In this document: positions 34,909 through 43,640 of the stretch, piece after piece
Numbering within the stretch: the stretch's first letter is position 1
Layout: every line of letters begins with the position of its first letter
IMG/VR virus record: IMGVR_UViG_3300021185_003284
Coordinates: 32,001 to 96,000 of that record
Strand: one strand, 5' to 3'
Length of the DNA stretch: 64,000 bases
DNA from: a virus
Position numbers and translations under genes: made by a program
Notes under the pieces: generated by a model
Databases searched by the model: none
What the model saw: only the letters and a program-made list of their open reading frames with translations
Told to the model about the DNA's origin: nothing

Positions 34909-36196
34909 ATACATAATACTCGGACTTCTTATAATAGGATGTCAGAAGGAACCTATGGAACCTATTGCTCCAGTACAACCCTGTAACTGTGAGTTAGTAG
35001 TAGATGTACAGATACCTTCTGCTACTGATTGTGAAACAGATTACCTTCATTGGGATATTCCTTTTGTTGATACTGCTAAGAAGTTAAATGTTAACTTACC
35101 TAGATTTGGACAATTTACTTTATGGTCTGCATTTGGTAATTTTAATAATAACGATACGTCTGATTATGTAATCGTAACAGAAGGAGGAACTAATATAGAA
35201 AATCCTCCTAGGGGTGAAGTAGTTATAGTAGTAGATGATGTTATAGTAATAGCAATACCAAGTCCTCAACTAAAAACTAGGAAGGTAGTTACAGAAGATC
35301 TAAATCAAGATGGTATAGATGATATAATTCTATTTGGAACAGGACCTGATACTGCACAATCATCAGGAGATATTACTACTGTGATCTATATGTATGCTTC
35401 TGGTAGCTATAGGGTACAGGAAATAGGAAGCATCAGCGGATATTACCATACAGGAGCGTATGGAGTAACAAATGGAAATGCAGAGATTTTAGAGATTAAC
35501 TCTCAAGCTTTTACTAATGGTAGTAACGGGTATGTTAACCTTTTACAATCTAGCGGAACTAGTGAAGTATGGACTAATAGTGATTCTAACATAACTACTC
35601 ATCATGTAGCTCGAACTTTTCATAGTGAATTATATGATTTCGATAAAGATGGAATTCTAGATTTAATACTAGGTGGGCACGAATGGGAAGAAGATTGGAT
35701 GGCTACTTCATTACGTAAAGTAGTATGGCAGACTCATATACTTAGAGGATTAGGTCCAGGACAGTTCGATGTAGATAACCCAATTATACTCCCTCAGATA
35801 TTAAACTGGGGTGTAATTACAGACTTTGATATCTACGATATTGATCGAGATGGTAATGTAGAAATTATTATTACTAGAACTACTGGAAGAGATGGAGTAC
35901 AATTTGAATTAGTAGATAATGAATACTACGATGGTATTAAAGTTCAAATACTTAAAGGAGAAGGATTTAATTGGTATCAAGACCAGGCATTAGAGTCTCC
36001 TAACATAATAGGCTTAGGGACATTTATATGGCCTCATAAGAGTACGATCTATGATGTAAACGGAGATTGTTTACTAGATATAATTCCGGAAAGCGATAAG
36101 CTTAACGCAGCTAGCTTTGTAGACTTTAACTCTGTGAGAGGTATATACTATGAACAGCAGGATAACGGACAGTTTAACTTAAAATATAAGAATTAA
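34895..36196 (+). CDS. FG-GAP/VCBS repeat beta-propeller lipoprotein
   Basis: Probable GTG start with lipobox LIIGC; DLNQDGIDDII, DFDKDGILDLI, DIDRDGNVEII, DVNGDCLLDII. Confidence 0.8.
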   Translation: MRINRYIILGLLIIGCQKEPMEPIAPVQPCNCELVVDVQIPSATDCETDYLHWDIPFVDTAKKLNVNLPRFGQFTLWSAFGNFNNNDTSDYVIVTEGGTNIENPPRGEVVIVVDDVIVIAIPSPQLKTRKVVTEDLNQDGIDDIILFGTGPDTAQSSGDITTVIYMYASGSYRVQEIGSISGYYHTGAYGVTNGNAEILEINSQAFTNGSNGYVNLLQSSGTSEVWTNSDSNITTHHVARTFHSELYDFDKDGILDLILGGHEWEEDWMATSLRKVVWQTHILRGLGPGQFDVDNPIILPQILNWGVITDFDIYDIDRDGNVEIIITRTTGRDGVQFELVDNEYYDGIKVQILKGEGFNWYQDQALESPNIIGLGTFIWPHKSTIYDVNGDCLLDIIPESDKLNAASFVDFNSVRGIYYEQQDNGQFNLKYKN

Positions 36197-36381
36197 TGAC
36201 ACTAGGATTATATATAATAATAGGAGTAATATGGGCAGCATGGTTAGAGTATTATACAACAAATCAAATAGATGGCTTTCTAGGACGACCTTGGGTATGG
36301 CGAGAACGATTATTTCATTCTTTACTATGGCCAATAAGTCTAGGAACATTCATATGGGAATTTTTAAAGGGCATATCATGA
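36196..36381 (+). CDS. Small membrane protein
   Basis: Coupled ORF, hydrophobic, LLWP motif. Confidence 0.6.
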   Translation: MTLGLYIIIGVIWAAWLEYYTTNQIDGFLGRPWVWRERLFHSLLWPISLGTFIWEFLKGIS

Positions 36382-36596
36382 TAAATTCATTTACTACATA
36401 TAAGAAAGCTTTAAAGGTAGTAGATTCATGTGAGAATCATACTCAGTTAGATGGAGCTAAGAACTACATTAATAACTTCTTTAAATTCTATTCAGTAAAC
36501 ACTAAAGATGTTTTTACAGCAGATGATAGCATACATAGAATGTACCAGAGGTTACTAATTAAACACGCAGAGAAAAGCGTACTACTAGAAGTATGA
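36378..36596 (+). CDS. Hypothetical protein
   Basis: ATG overlapping previous stop (MINSFTTYKK...). Confidence 0.6.
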   Translation: MINSFTTYKKALKVVDSCENHTQLDGAKNYINNFFKFYSVNTKDVFTADDSIHRMYQRLLIKHAEKSVLLEV

Positions 36597-36961
36597 AAGA
36601 TTTAAATTGGTATTATATACTATTAGGAGCACTTGTAACTATAGTTGCTCAAATTGGAGCTTGGTTTCAACATAACTTACAGTTTAAGTATCCTGAGTAC
36701 GATGAGAAATGGTGGGGTATGTATGCTTTATCTGTTCCTCTAACTTATGTATTTATTCTTGCGACTAAGTACAATGTTGAAGGATATGGAGGAAGTATCT
36801 GGGGAGCTAGATTTGTAGGCTTTGCTATAGGAATGATTATATATGCTATTATGATCCAAATATTCTTTCAGGAGAAGTTTACTATGAAGATAGCATTTCA
36901 ATTATTACTTTGTTTTGCAGTATTATTTGTACAGGCTTTCTGGAAAGAGTCAGTAAAATAA
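36593..36961 (+). CDS. Four-TM small membrane protein (SMR/EamA-like)
   Basis: Four hydrophobic helices in 122 aa. Confidence 0.55.
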   Translation: MKDLNWYYILLGALVTIVAQIGAWFQHNLQFKYPEYDEKWWGMYALSVPLTYVFILATKYNVEGYGGSIWGARFVGFAIGMIIYAIMIQIFFQEKFTMKIAFQLLLCFAVLFVQAFWKESVK

Positions 36962-37060
36962 CTTAGTAACTAGTAGGTTCTTATTGTTATTTTTCATATC
37001 TTTAAGTATTAAAGAAAGAGAGATATACTCTCTTTATAATTAATTTAATTTATTTCTACT

Positions 37061-37201
37061 ATGATTCAACCTATCTATCACACCGACGACAACATTAAAA
37101 AAACTATTCAATCTCTATTAGAATCTAATTCGATTACACCCGAATTCGCCGACGATATTTACAACTTAGTATATAATAAAAATTTAACCGACCAAGAATA
37201 A
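37061..37201 (+). CDS. Small hypothetical protein (46 aa, not in ORF track)
   Basis: Hand translation MIQPIYHTDDN...LTDQE*; behind promoter at 36974. Confidence 0.45.
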   Translation: MIQPIYHTDDNIKKTIQSLLESNSITPEFADDIYNLVYNKNLTDQE

Positions 37202-37224
37202 ATTAAAAATAACTTGGGGAGGAG

Positions 37225-37287
37225 TTGCCTCCCTGAGTATTTCTTCTTATATTTAAGTATAATTAAAAAGGTAAAATAAAGGTTATG
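37225..37287 (+). promoter_or_regulatory. Early promoter cassette
   Basis: TTG 37225, TATATTTA 37248; near-identical to the 33241 copy. Confidence 0.85.
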
Positions 37288-37473
37288 ATACAGATTAAAG
37301 ATTTAAAAGTAGGTCAGATCTTCCAGATGGAAGGCTTAACAGAGAATGGTGATACAGTTCAAGCTGATTGTACCCTTCACGCTTATAACGGAATGAATAA
37401 GTACGTTGTTGAATCAGATGGTATTACGATATTATTCGATGGAGAGGATGTAGTAACTAAAGTATATAAGTAA
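37285..37473 (+). CDS. Small early protein
   Basis: Behind repeated promoter cassette. Confidence 0.7.
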   Translation: MIQIKDLKVGQIFQMEGLTENGDTVQADCTLHAYNGMNKYVVESDGITILFDGEDVVTKVYK

Positions 37474-37712
37474 TGGCTAGAGATAAAAAAAGATATTCAG
37501 TACAGATAGATTTGTACATTCATGCAGACAATGATTATATGGCTCGTAAAAAAGCTCATGAGTATGCTGAAGAGATAGATGCTAAGCATGTTAATGCTAG
37601 AGCTAATGTAATAGAGATAGGTGAGCAACCATTTGCTTCACTTTCATATAGAAAACTAGATGATAAATCTAGACCTATCGAGAAAGAAAAAGATGAACCG
37701 CTACCATTTTAG
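37473..37712 (+). CDS. Hypothetical protein
   Basis: Coupled ORF. Confidence 0.7.
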   Translation: MARDKKRYSVQIDLYIHADNDYMARKKAHEYAEEIDAKHVNARANVIEIGEQPFASLSYRKLDDKSRPIEKEKDEPLPF

Positions 37713-37719
37713 TAGCAAC

Positions 37720-37730
37720 GTTCTTTAACA
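37720..37730 (+). promoter_or_regulatory. boxA-like antitermination site
   Basis: GTTCTTTAACA vs E. coli rrn boxA GCTCTTTAACA; directly upstream of the RNA region. Confidence 0.55.
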
Positions 37731-37733
37731 TAT

Positions 37734-38015
37734 TGGAGGAAAGTGTTGGATCTGAAAGATTGATCCGTTAAAGAGAGGCCGACGCGATGAGATGATATCA
37801 AGAGCTCGCTAGAAGTTGAAAGCTTAGTACTGACTACCGCCGGTTATAGAGGGAAAGGAAAAGGAACTAAAGACTGAGGCTCGACATTGGGAGTGTAAAT
37901 TTTGATCACTTTAAAAGGGGAAGAAAATAAGCTGTGTGAAGACAGCGAGGTACCAAGTCCATTCCGGGCGAAACTATTTTCACAGAGAGGATACCTAACA
38001 CCCACCCTAACTCCA
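37734..38015 (+). ncRNA. Candidate ~280-nt structured non-coding RNA of unknown class
   Basis: Higher GC than flanks; end-to-end pairings TGGAG/CTCCA and GTGTTGG/CTAACAC; internal stems GGATC/GATCC, GAAAATA/TATTTTC, GCTGT/ACAGC; between boxA and tRNA. Confidence 0.55.
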
Positions 38016-38021
38016 TCTTAT

Positions 38022-38094
38022 AGCGCTGTAGAGCAGTGGCCAGCTCGTTGGGCTCATAACCCAAAGGTCGGAGGTTCGAATCCTCCCAGCGCAA
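38022..38094 (+). tRNA. tRNA-Met(CAT), initiator type; CCA not encoded
   Basis: Cloverleaf with GCGCTG/CAGCGC acceptor and 1:72 mismatch; anticodon arm TTGGG-CTCATAA-CCCAA with three G-C pairs; GGTTCGAATCC T-arm. Confidence 0.95.
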
Positions 38095-38111
38095 CTAAAT
38101 TAATAAAGGTT

Positions 38112-38345
38112 ATGAAATATTTAAGTAAAGATTATGTAATGCAAGAGATTATTGATACTGTACATATGATGCAGCTTAATAATGAAAAGACTCCTGACTT
38201 AGAACCAACGTATATGGATGCGTTAATTGAATGGTTCTTTATAGATTGGAATGAGATTGCTGATCGAGATACAGACTTTCAAGGATGCTTATTAGAGTTT
38301 TTAAGAACTGAGTTTAAAACTGAGACTATAAAACATGCCCTCTAA
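38112..38345 (+). CDS. Hypothetical protein
   Basis: ATG in AATAAAGGTTATG leader; the upstream part of track ORF 37902 overlaps the tRNA. Confidence 0.7.
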   Translation: MKYLSKDYVMQEIIDTVHMMQLNNEKTPDLEPTYMDALIEWFFIDWNEIADRDTDFQGCLLEFLRTEFKTETIKHAL

Positions 38346-38550
38346 AATTATACCAATCGTAGTAGTCTACACAAAAGGTAAAGGCTTCAAAAAGTATATG
38401 AAAGTCTTCCGGAATGTAAGGTACATAGATCAAGTTAATAGCTCCAGATCAAAGCTTCTTGATAAAGATATTGTTGTACATGATTTAGGATGGGGGGAGT
38501 ACTTTATAGAAAAGTATATGAAGAAGCATAAAATAACTAAGTATGCGTAG
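38335..38550 (+). CDS. Hypothetical protein
   Basis: Coupled ORF. Confidence 0.6.
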   Translation: MPSKIIPIVVVYTKGKGFKKYMKVFRNVRYIDQVNSSRSKLLDKDIVVHDLGWGEYFIEKYMKKHKITKYA

Positions 38551-38698
38551 AGCATGGAGATTATGGGCGAGAGCTTTGGGAGAAAAGATAGGTCCAACAA
38601 GTGAAGCAGATAAAATAGCTATACTGAGAACATTAATTATACTCCAGGCAGTAATATGTAATGCTTTGATTGTAGCTAATATTATAAAAAACTGGTAA
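38543..38698 (+). CDS. Small membrane protein (51 aa, not in ORF track)
   Basis: Hand translation MRRAWRLWARALGEKIG...IVANIIKNW*. Confidence 0.65.
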   Translation: MRRAWRLWARALGEKIGPTSEADKIAILRTLIILQAVICNALIVANIIKNW

Positions 38699-38773
38699 AA
38701 TAACTATGTAACTAGTTGCTCGTCTGATATATTATTCATATATTAAGGTATAATATTAAAACAAATAAAGGTT

Positions 38774-39283
38774 ATGGTAAATTTTAAAAGATCAAGTACA
38801 AGTATTAAGGGTTATGGTTCTGAGTTAGCTAAGGGCGAGAAGAACGATTGTTTCGTTAGAGCTTTAGCATCAGCTACAGAAGTTAATTATGACGTTGCTC
38901 ATAAATTCACTAAAGATTATTTCGGAAGAGCAAACGGTAAGGGTGTATACTTTACTGGCGCTACAATAAATCCTCTTGAAGATAAAGGTTTAAGTATAGG
39001 TAATAAAGACTTTGACTTTAAAGTTCTTAACAAGATGAGAATTACTAATGGGTATAAGTTATATGGAGAGATGGTTTACCGTCAGAAGACTGTTAAGTCA
39101 TTCATTAAAGATAATCCTAAAGGGACTTATATTGTTGGAGTAGCAGGTCATGCCTTTACTATAAAGGATGGTACGTTGATTGATAATGCTGATGAGAAGT
39201 TTAGACCTACTAGAAAAGTAACTAGTGTATTCCAATTGAAGTCTAAAAGAACGGAAGCTAAGCAATTAAGTTTGTTTGCATAA
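38774..39283 (+). CDS. Hypothetical early protein with NDC.VRA / H motif (possible papain-like fold)
   Basis: KNDCFVRALA ... GHAFTIKDG. Confidence 0.6.
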   Translation: MVNFKRSSTSIKGYGSELAKGEKNDCFVRALASATEVNYDVAHKFTKDYFGRANGKGVYFTGATINPLEDKGLSIGNKDFDFKVLNKMRITNGYKLYGEMVYRQKTVKSFIKDNPKGTYIVGVAGHAFTIKDGTLIDNADEKFRPTRKVTSVFQLKSKRTEAKQLSLFA

Positions 39284-39293
39284 TAAGCATGGC

Positions 39294-39345
39294 GAGGGGG
39301 TGAGGGGGCGTTTCTCTCTCTCCTCCGAAGGAGCCACGCGCGAAT
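39294..39345 (+). repeat. GC-rich structured repeat, copy 1
   Basis: GAGGGGG-CGTTT-CTCTCTC..CTCC-GAA-GGAG..ACGCGC; second copy at 40103. Confidence 0.75.
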
Positions 39346-39358
39346 TTAAAAAAGTAAT

Positions 39359-39535
39359 ATGAAGAAAAAGAAGAAATATACTATGTTAGATGCAAGGACT
39401 AAGGAGTGGGATACTACTCTACATCAAGGAAGGACTAAGCGTCAAGTAGAGAATAACTATAAAGTCATTGGGTTGACTATAGTCTCAGTCATAGTAGTAG
39501 CTTTATTTTATCTTATAATAAGTTTATTTGTATGA
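39359..39535 (+). CDS. Small membrane-anchored protein (58 aa, not in ORF track)
   Basis: MKKKKKYTML...C-terminal TM; stop overlaps next ATG. Confidence 0.55.
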   Translation: MKKKKKYTMLDARTKEWDTTLHQGRTKRQVENNYKVIGLTIVSVIVVALFYLIISLFV

Positions 39536-40080
39536 GTAACTTAGCATTCTATCCTATATTAACTCCAAGAGAGATCGTAGAAGAAGGAGCCTTTGGTGGT
39601 TGTTACTTCGGATTGCCTATAGAGGAGTATAGTAATTATGAGTATAGTGAGTTATTTGATTATCATTTTAAGGGCTTAGATACAAGCTTATACTTAGGAG
39701 AGACATATAAACCTCGTATGAATAAGTACAAGATAAGATCGGGTATGGATTATGAGTATTGGAAGGAGATGAATTGGATGCATGAGAGAGATCCATATGG
39801 TTGGTTTGAATGGTATTGTAAGTATAGTATGGGCATCAGAGGAGAGGACGATGATAGGCAGATAAGAAGATGGCAAGACTTTGCAGGTACTAATGGTAGA
39901 TGGCGTAATAGATTATATAAGAGAATAGAACAAGAAGATGATTGGAGTATATCACCAAGGATACAACAGTCATTACTACATTGGGGTTACAAAGCCAATG
40001 AAGAAGATTATAGTATGTATAAACAATTTAAATTAGTTAAAGATGAAGATAGACTTATCACTCAAAGGATGGGGCTTTGA
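39532..40080 (+). CDS. Conserved hypothetical protein (GAFGG / DPYGWFEWYC / DDRQIRRW motifs)
   Basis: Trp-rich conserved-looking motif set. Confidence 0.75.
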   Translation: MSNLAFYPILTPREIVEEGAFGGCYFGLPIEEYSNYEYSELFDYHFKGLDTSLYLGETYKPRMNKYKIRSGMDYEYWKEMNWMHERDPYGWFEWYCKYSMGIRGEDDDRQIRRWQDFAGTNGRWRNRLYKRIEQEDDWSISPRIQQSLLHWGYKANEEDYSMYKQFKLVKDEDRLITQRMGL

Positions 40081-40102
40081 TATGGCTGCTTTAAAAAAGA
40101 GT

Positions 40103-40153
40103 GAGAGGGGGAGGGCGTTTCTCTCCTCATCGAACGAAGTGAGCACGCGCAAT
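40103..40153 (+). repeat. GC-rich structured repeat, copy 2
   Basis: GGGGAGGG-CGTTT-CTCTCCTC..CGAA.TGAGC-ACGCGC. Confidence 0.75.
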
Positions 40154-40600
40154 ATTGACAAAACATCCAACCAATCCTACCAATGGGACCATTATAGCGG
40201 ATTACCGGGTACTGGGGCATATAAATAAGGTACTAGCATAGCTAGTCTCTGAGGTAGTGTACGGCTTTGCCTTTACATAGATATATGTTTACATAGATCC
40301 TCTAAGAGAGAAGTGCTATGATATGCATACCCATAGGAGACTAACGTCTAATACCATTGAAGCCTATTAATAATAACTAGTGTATATATTCATATATAGA
40401 TATACTTATAGATTCATATAAAGATATATAGCCTGTATAGAATAAACATAGGCAGGTGTGTGTAATTTAGATGGGTAAGATCAGTCCTGCATGTGCCCCT
40501 TACCTTTTTTTTCTCTCTATAGGCAAAAATAACCCACCAAACAGTTGCTTATATGAGATATTCTTCTTATATTAAGGTATAATATTAAAAAATAAAGGTT

Positions 40601-40846
40601 ATGGATTTAAGTAAATTATCAATTTCAGAGTTAAGAGAGTTAAGAACTAATGTCAATCAATGGATAGATATTAAAGGGCAGACCAATGCCATGTCTTATA
40701 CTATAGGACAAGAAGTTACCGTTGACCATAAGAAGCTTAGAGGTCAGATATGTGAGGTAGTTAAGATCAATAGAACTAAAGTAGTGGTTAATGCACCATC
40801 AATGGGTAGGGTATCAGTACCAATGTCCATGATAGAGGCTGCTTAA
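40601..40846 (+). CDS. Small early protein with SH3/KOW-like C-terminus
   Basis: IGQEVTV...G....VVKINRTKVVV; behind promoter cassette. Confidence 0.65.
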   Translation: MDLSKLSISELRELRTNVNQWIDIKGQTNAMSYTIGQEVTVDHKKLRGQICEVVKINRTKVVVNAPSMGRVSVPMSMIEAA

Positions 40847-40858
40847 TATAATCTATCT

Positions 40859-41050
40859 ATGGCAAATAAGATATATACAATCATTGGCCTTATAGTAGTA
40901 TGTACTATAGGGCTAATACTTATACAAGGCCTTATATGGCTGGGTGTTAATACTCTATGGCTATTACTCACCTACCCTCTATATTGTCTTATAGGAGTAA
41001 CTTGTCTTACCTTCCTAACACTCCTTATACCAAATAAACAAACTAAATAG
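40859..41050 (+). CDS. Small membrane protein
   Basis: Two hydrophobic helices. Confidence 0.5.
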   Translation: MANKIYTIIGLIVVCTIGLILIQGLIWLGVNTLWLLLTYPLYCLIGVTCLTFLTLLIPNKQTK

Positions 41051-41361
41051 TTGGACAGGTAGAAAATAGTCTGTCTTGAATACCCTTCCGGAATATTAGA
41101 CCAAATTGCCGGCCAATTGCCTGTACGCTGCACTCAAGGTGATATAACACTGACAGTATAGTTCCCTAAGGGGTTGGTAGTCTGCAAGATTCTTCCATAC
41201 TTATCTGCATAAATCTGATCAAATTTGAGTATATAGGTTATATATAAATATATATGTATATATTAGATTAGAACATTAGAGTTATTATGTGATACCATAC
41301 GAATAAACAAAAACCTATTAGCCCTATCCATGTTAATGGTACTACCAATCTATATAGAGCA

Positions 41362-41517
41362 CTATATACGATCTGTTTCATCCTTTCCACCATAGTCATC
41401 ATAGTAAAATAAGTATACAGCTCCTATTATAAGGCATATAGTAAGAATGATCATTGGGACCACTGGGAGATTTACTAAACCTACTTCGTCAAAGCTTTGA
41501 TTACCTGTTAAATTCAT
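41362..41517 (-). CDS. Small membrane protein (51 aa, not in ORF track)
   Basis: MNLTGNQSFDEVG...PMIILTICLIIGAVYLFY...*. Confidence 0.5.
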   Translation of the reverse strand: MNLTGNQSFDEVGLVNLPVVPMIILTICLIIGAVYLFYYDDYGGKDETDRI

Positions 41518-41520
41518 TAT

Positions 41521-41679
41521 TTACATTCTATTAACAACTGTTTCGTACGCTTTTTGATAAATCTCTAGTAATTCAGTGGGAGAACCTTTACTATTCTTTA
41601 TTTTAGTGACTTCTTTATATAATTCATCTTTAGCGCCATGGGAGATGGCAGAATAAACGATATCTTCTATAGTCTTCAT
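41521..41679 (-). CDS. Small hypothetical protein (52 aa, not in ORF track)
   Basis: MKTIEDIVYSAISHG...; behind minus-strand promoter 41731-41701. Confidence 0.6.
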   Translation of the reverse strand: MKTIEDIVYSAISHGAKDELYKEVTKIKNSKGSPTELLEIYQKAYETVVNRM

Positions 41680-41700
41680 ACGTTACCTTTGTTATATACT

Positions 41701-41731
41701 ACAATATAAGAACTTTTTATCTACTTTCCAA
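41701..41731 (-). promoter_or_regulatory. Early-type promoter, minus strand
   Basis: TTG-N20-TATATTGT on the minus strand. Confidence 0.75.
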
Positions 41732-42581
41732 CAGTACTTGGGGAAATTTTTTGGAAAATTTTCGCGATATAGGGGGTTGATTGTACAAAGCCCTCTTCCT
41801 TATGTGTTTTTATTGCTCTTATAAACTTATCAGCTATAATTTTTAACATTAAAGCAGGAGAATGTGCACCGTCCCTTGCAACTAACACTTTTTTACAGTT
41901 TTCTTCGTACCAATTCTTATCTATATCGGCTATTTCGAGAGGAGAGTTCTCCACAGTGGTCATAGCTTTGTAATATCCGGTTGGATCGTATGGAAATTCA
42001 CATAAATGGTAGAAAGGCACGTCTTTACCTTTAAGAAACCCTACCATAGCGTTGACATTTTTAGTATGGTTATAATCTACATACCAATCTTCTACTAAAG
42101 CTCCTCTTATATGCCAATTTGTGTAGGGTATAGCTTCTTGTGTATGTGTCCATTGAGGAGAATATTGGTGAACTTCACCATCTTTTGTAAAATAATCATA
42201 CCTAGATACAATATCTTGGAAATAAAACACGTTCTGCACGTTAAAATACTCAAAATACTTAATAAGATTAAAGTAGGCTGATTCAGAACCATAACCGCCC
42301 ATACCTAAGTTAACGATTTCGTTGCCTGTATATTGCGATACAAGGTATGGCCAGGTGTTTTCCCAATACTGTCCTGCACCGTATGTATGGCTACATCCTA
42401 AAAAAAGGTCTACTTTTTTGTTTTTATCGGGTATCATTTCAAAATTCATACGAAATCCAGCAGAGTTAAACAAATACTCTAAAGGTTTATCTACATACGG
42501 TTGAAATAACTCGGGCCATTTTCGATAATGCTTATAAAATACTTCCTTTTTACAAGTATTATACCATTCAAGTTTTACCAT
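41721..42581 (-). CDS. SGNH/GDSL hydrolase-like protein (paralogue B)
   Basis: FNSAGFR, FLGCSHTYG, NLGMGG, RDGAH. Confidence 0.7.
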   Translation of the reverse strand: MVKLEWYNTCKKEVFYKHYRKWPELFQPYVDKPLEYLFNSAGFRMNFEMIPDKNKKVDLFLGCSHTYGAGQYWENTWPYLVSQYTGNEIVNLGMGGYGSESAYFNLIKYFEYFNVQNVFYFQDIVSRYDYFTKDGEVHQYSPQWTHTQEAIPYTNWHIRGALVEDWYVDYNHTKNVNAMVGFLKGKDVPFYHLCEFPYDPTGYYKAMTTVENSPLEIADIDKNWYEENCKKVLVARDGAHSPALMLKIIADKFIRAIKTHKEEGFVQSTPYIAKIFQKISPSTVGK

Positions 42582-43438
42582 TGTTGCAGTGGATCTTGGG
42601 GATTTTTTTTTGGAAAAATTTTATCTATGTAGGGAATCGGTTCAATATACCCTTTTTCATGTGTATTAAGGAGGTGAACCATGTCGGTTCCTATTTGATT
42701 CATGTCTTCCACACTCATATGTGCTCCATCTCTTGGTAAAGTATAGTCACTATAGGGGAAATCTCCATCAATAGACATAATTTTTGGTCCATTAGGTGAA
42801 TCTCTATCATATTCTATGTATCTTCTATATGTTCTAGTGGGGAAAGTATGTTTATAGTATAAGTTAGCTCCTCTACTCTGCGCGAGATATGCTATTGCGT
42901 GTATAAACTGCAAATGATTGAGGTATATGGACCTATCATCTACAGCAACATGTTGTAGGTAGTCTTCGGTAAAGGGTTGCTGCATTTTCCATGCTTCTGG
43001 CCATAACGGGTTAAATGTACGGTGTGTAAAGTACTCGTCAAAGTAGCTGTATCGAGGAACAATAGGTGCAAACATAAATACGTTGCGTACTTTGTAGTGA
43101 TCTATGTATTGAAGTAGTGAGTAATAATGGGTACCTGTACCAGTTGAAGGCATTCCTAAGTTAACAGATGTGTTACCTGTATAGTTTGAGACTATACTTG
43201 TCCAAACCTCTTCTTCATAGTGCCCAATACCGAAAGTATGGCTGCATCCAAGGAATATATCAACTTCTTTTTCTTTTCTCCTATGAAATTCAAAATTTGA
43301 TCTAAATCCATCCGAATTTACATTGTAGCTAAGTGGTTTATCCACGTATCTTTGAAATACTTTAGGAAAGTTTTCATAATGATAAGGGAATATATCAGGA
43401 AATTCAGAGTCATGCCATTCTCTTACCACCATCTCCAA
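42575..43438 (-). CDS. SGNH/GDSL hydrolase-like protein (paralogue A)
   Basis: NSDGFR, FLGCSHTFG, NLGMP, RDGAH. Confidence 0.7.
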   Translation of the reverse strand: MEMVVREWHDSEFPDIFPYHYENFPKVFQRYVDKPLSYNVNSDGFRSNFEFHRRKEKEVDIFLGCSHTFGIGHYEEEVWTSIVSNYTGNTSVNLGMPSTGTGTHYYSLLQYIDHYKVRNVFMFAPIVPRYSYFDEYFTHRTFNPLWPEAWKMQQPFTEDYLQHVAVDDRSIYLNHLQFIHAIAYLAQSRGANLYYKHTFPTRTYRRYIEYDRDSPNGPKIMSIDGDFPYSDYTLPRDGAHMSVEDMNQIGTDMVHLLNTHEKGYIEPIPYIDKIFPKKNPQDPLQQW

Positions 43439-43572
43439 GTAATTTTTGCTATACCAAGGTATATATTAAGTTCTACCCAATCATTCTCTTCATCTATCAC
43501 TACATCTCCTTTACCGTAGTAAGTAAATCCCACTAGAAATTCACTAGCTAATAATTCTACTCTAAAGTCCAT
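43423..43572 (-). CDS. Small hypothetical protein (49 aa, not in ORF track)
   Basis: MDFRVELLASEF...ITWRWW*; behind minus-strand promoter 43618-43588. Confidence 0.6.
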   Translation of the reverse strand: MDFRVELLASEFLVGFTYYGKGDVVIDEENDWVELNIYLGIAKITWRWW

Positions 43573-43587
43573 TTTACTGCTTTTATA

Positions 43588-43618
43588 TAAATATAAGAAA
43601 AGTTAATTTAGAAAGCAA
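43588..43618 (-). promoter_or_regulatory. Early-type promoter for minus-strand island
   Basis: TTG-N20-TATATTTA on the minus strand. Confidence 0.75.
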
Positions 43619-43640
43619 GTAGGTAATGATATTTATTGGT

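Noticed and set aside
37923-37981. Hammerhead ribozyme (stem followed by GAAAC)
   Set aside because: No CUGAnGA core directly before the stem
37735-38015. RNase P RNA or tmRNA (starts GAGGAAAGT, ends CTCCA)
   Set aside because: Lacks GAGGAAAGUCC and the 3' P4 partner of RNase P; no T-arm or GGGG 5' end of tmRNA
37902-38111. N-terminal extension of ORF 37902 and minus ORF 37906..38094
   Set aside because: They overlap the tRNA and ncRNA candidate; the real start is ATG 38112 in the conserved leader
41741-42640. Repeated TTTTTTGGAAAATTTT motif at ~41747 and ~42605
   Set aside because: Explained by the paralogous C-termini of the two SGNH-like genes
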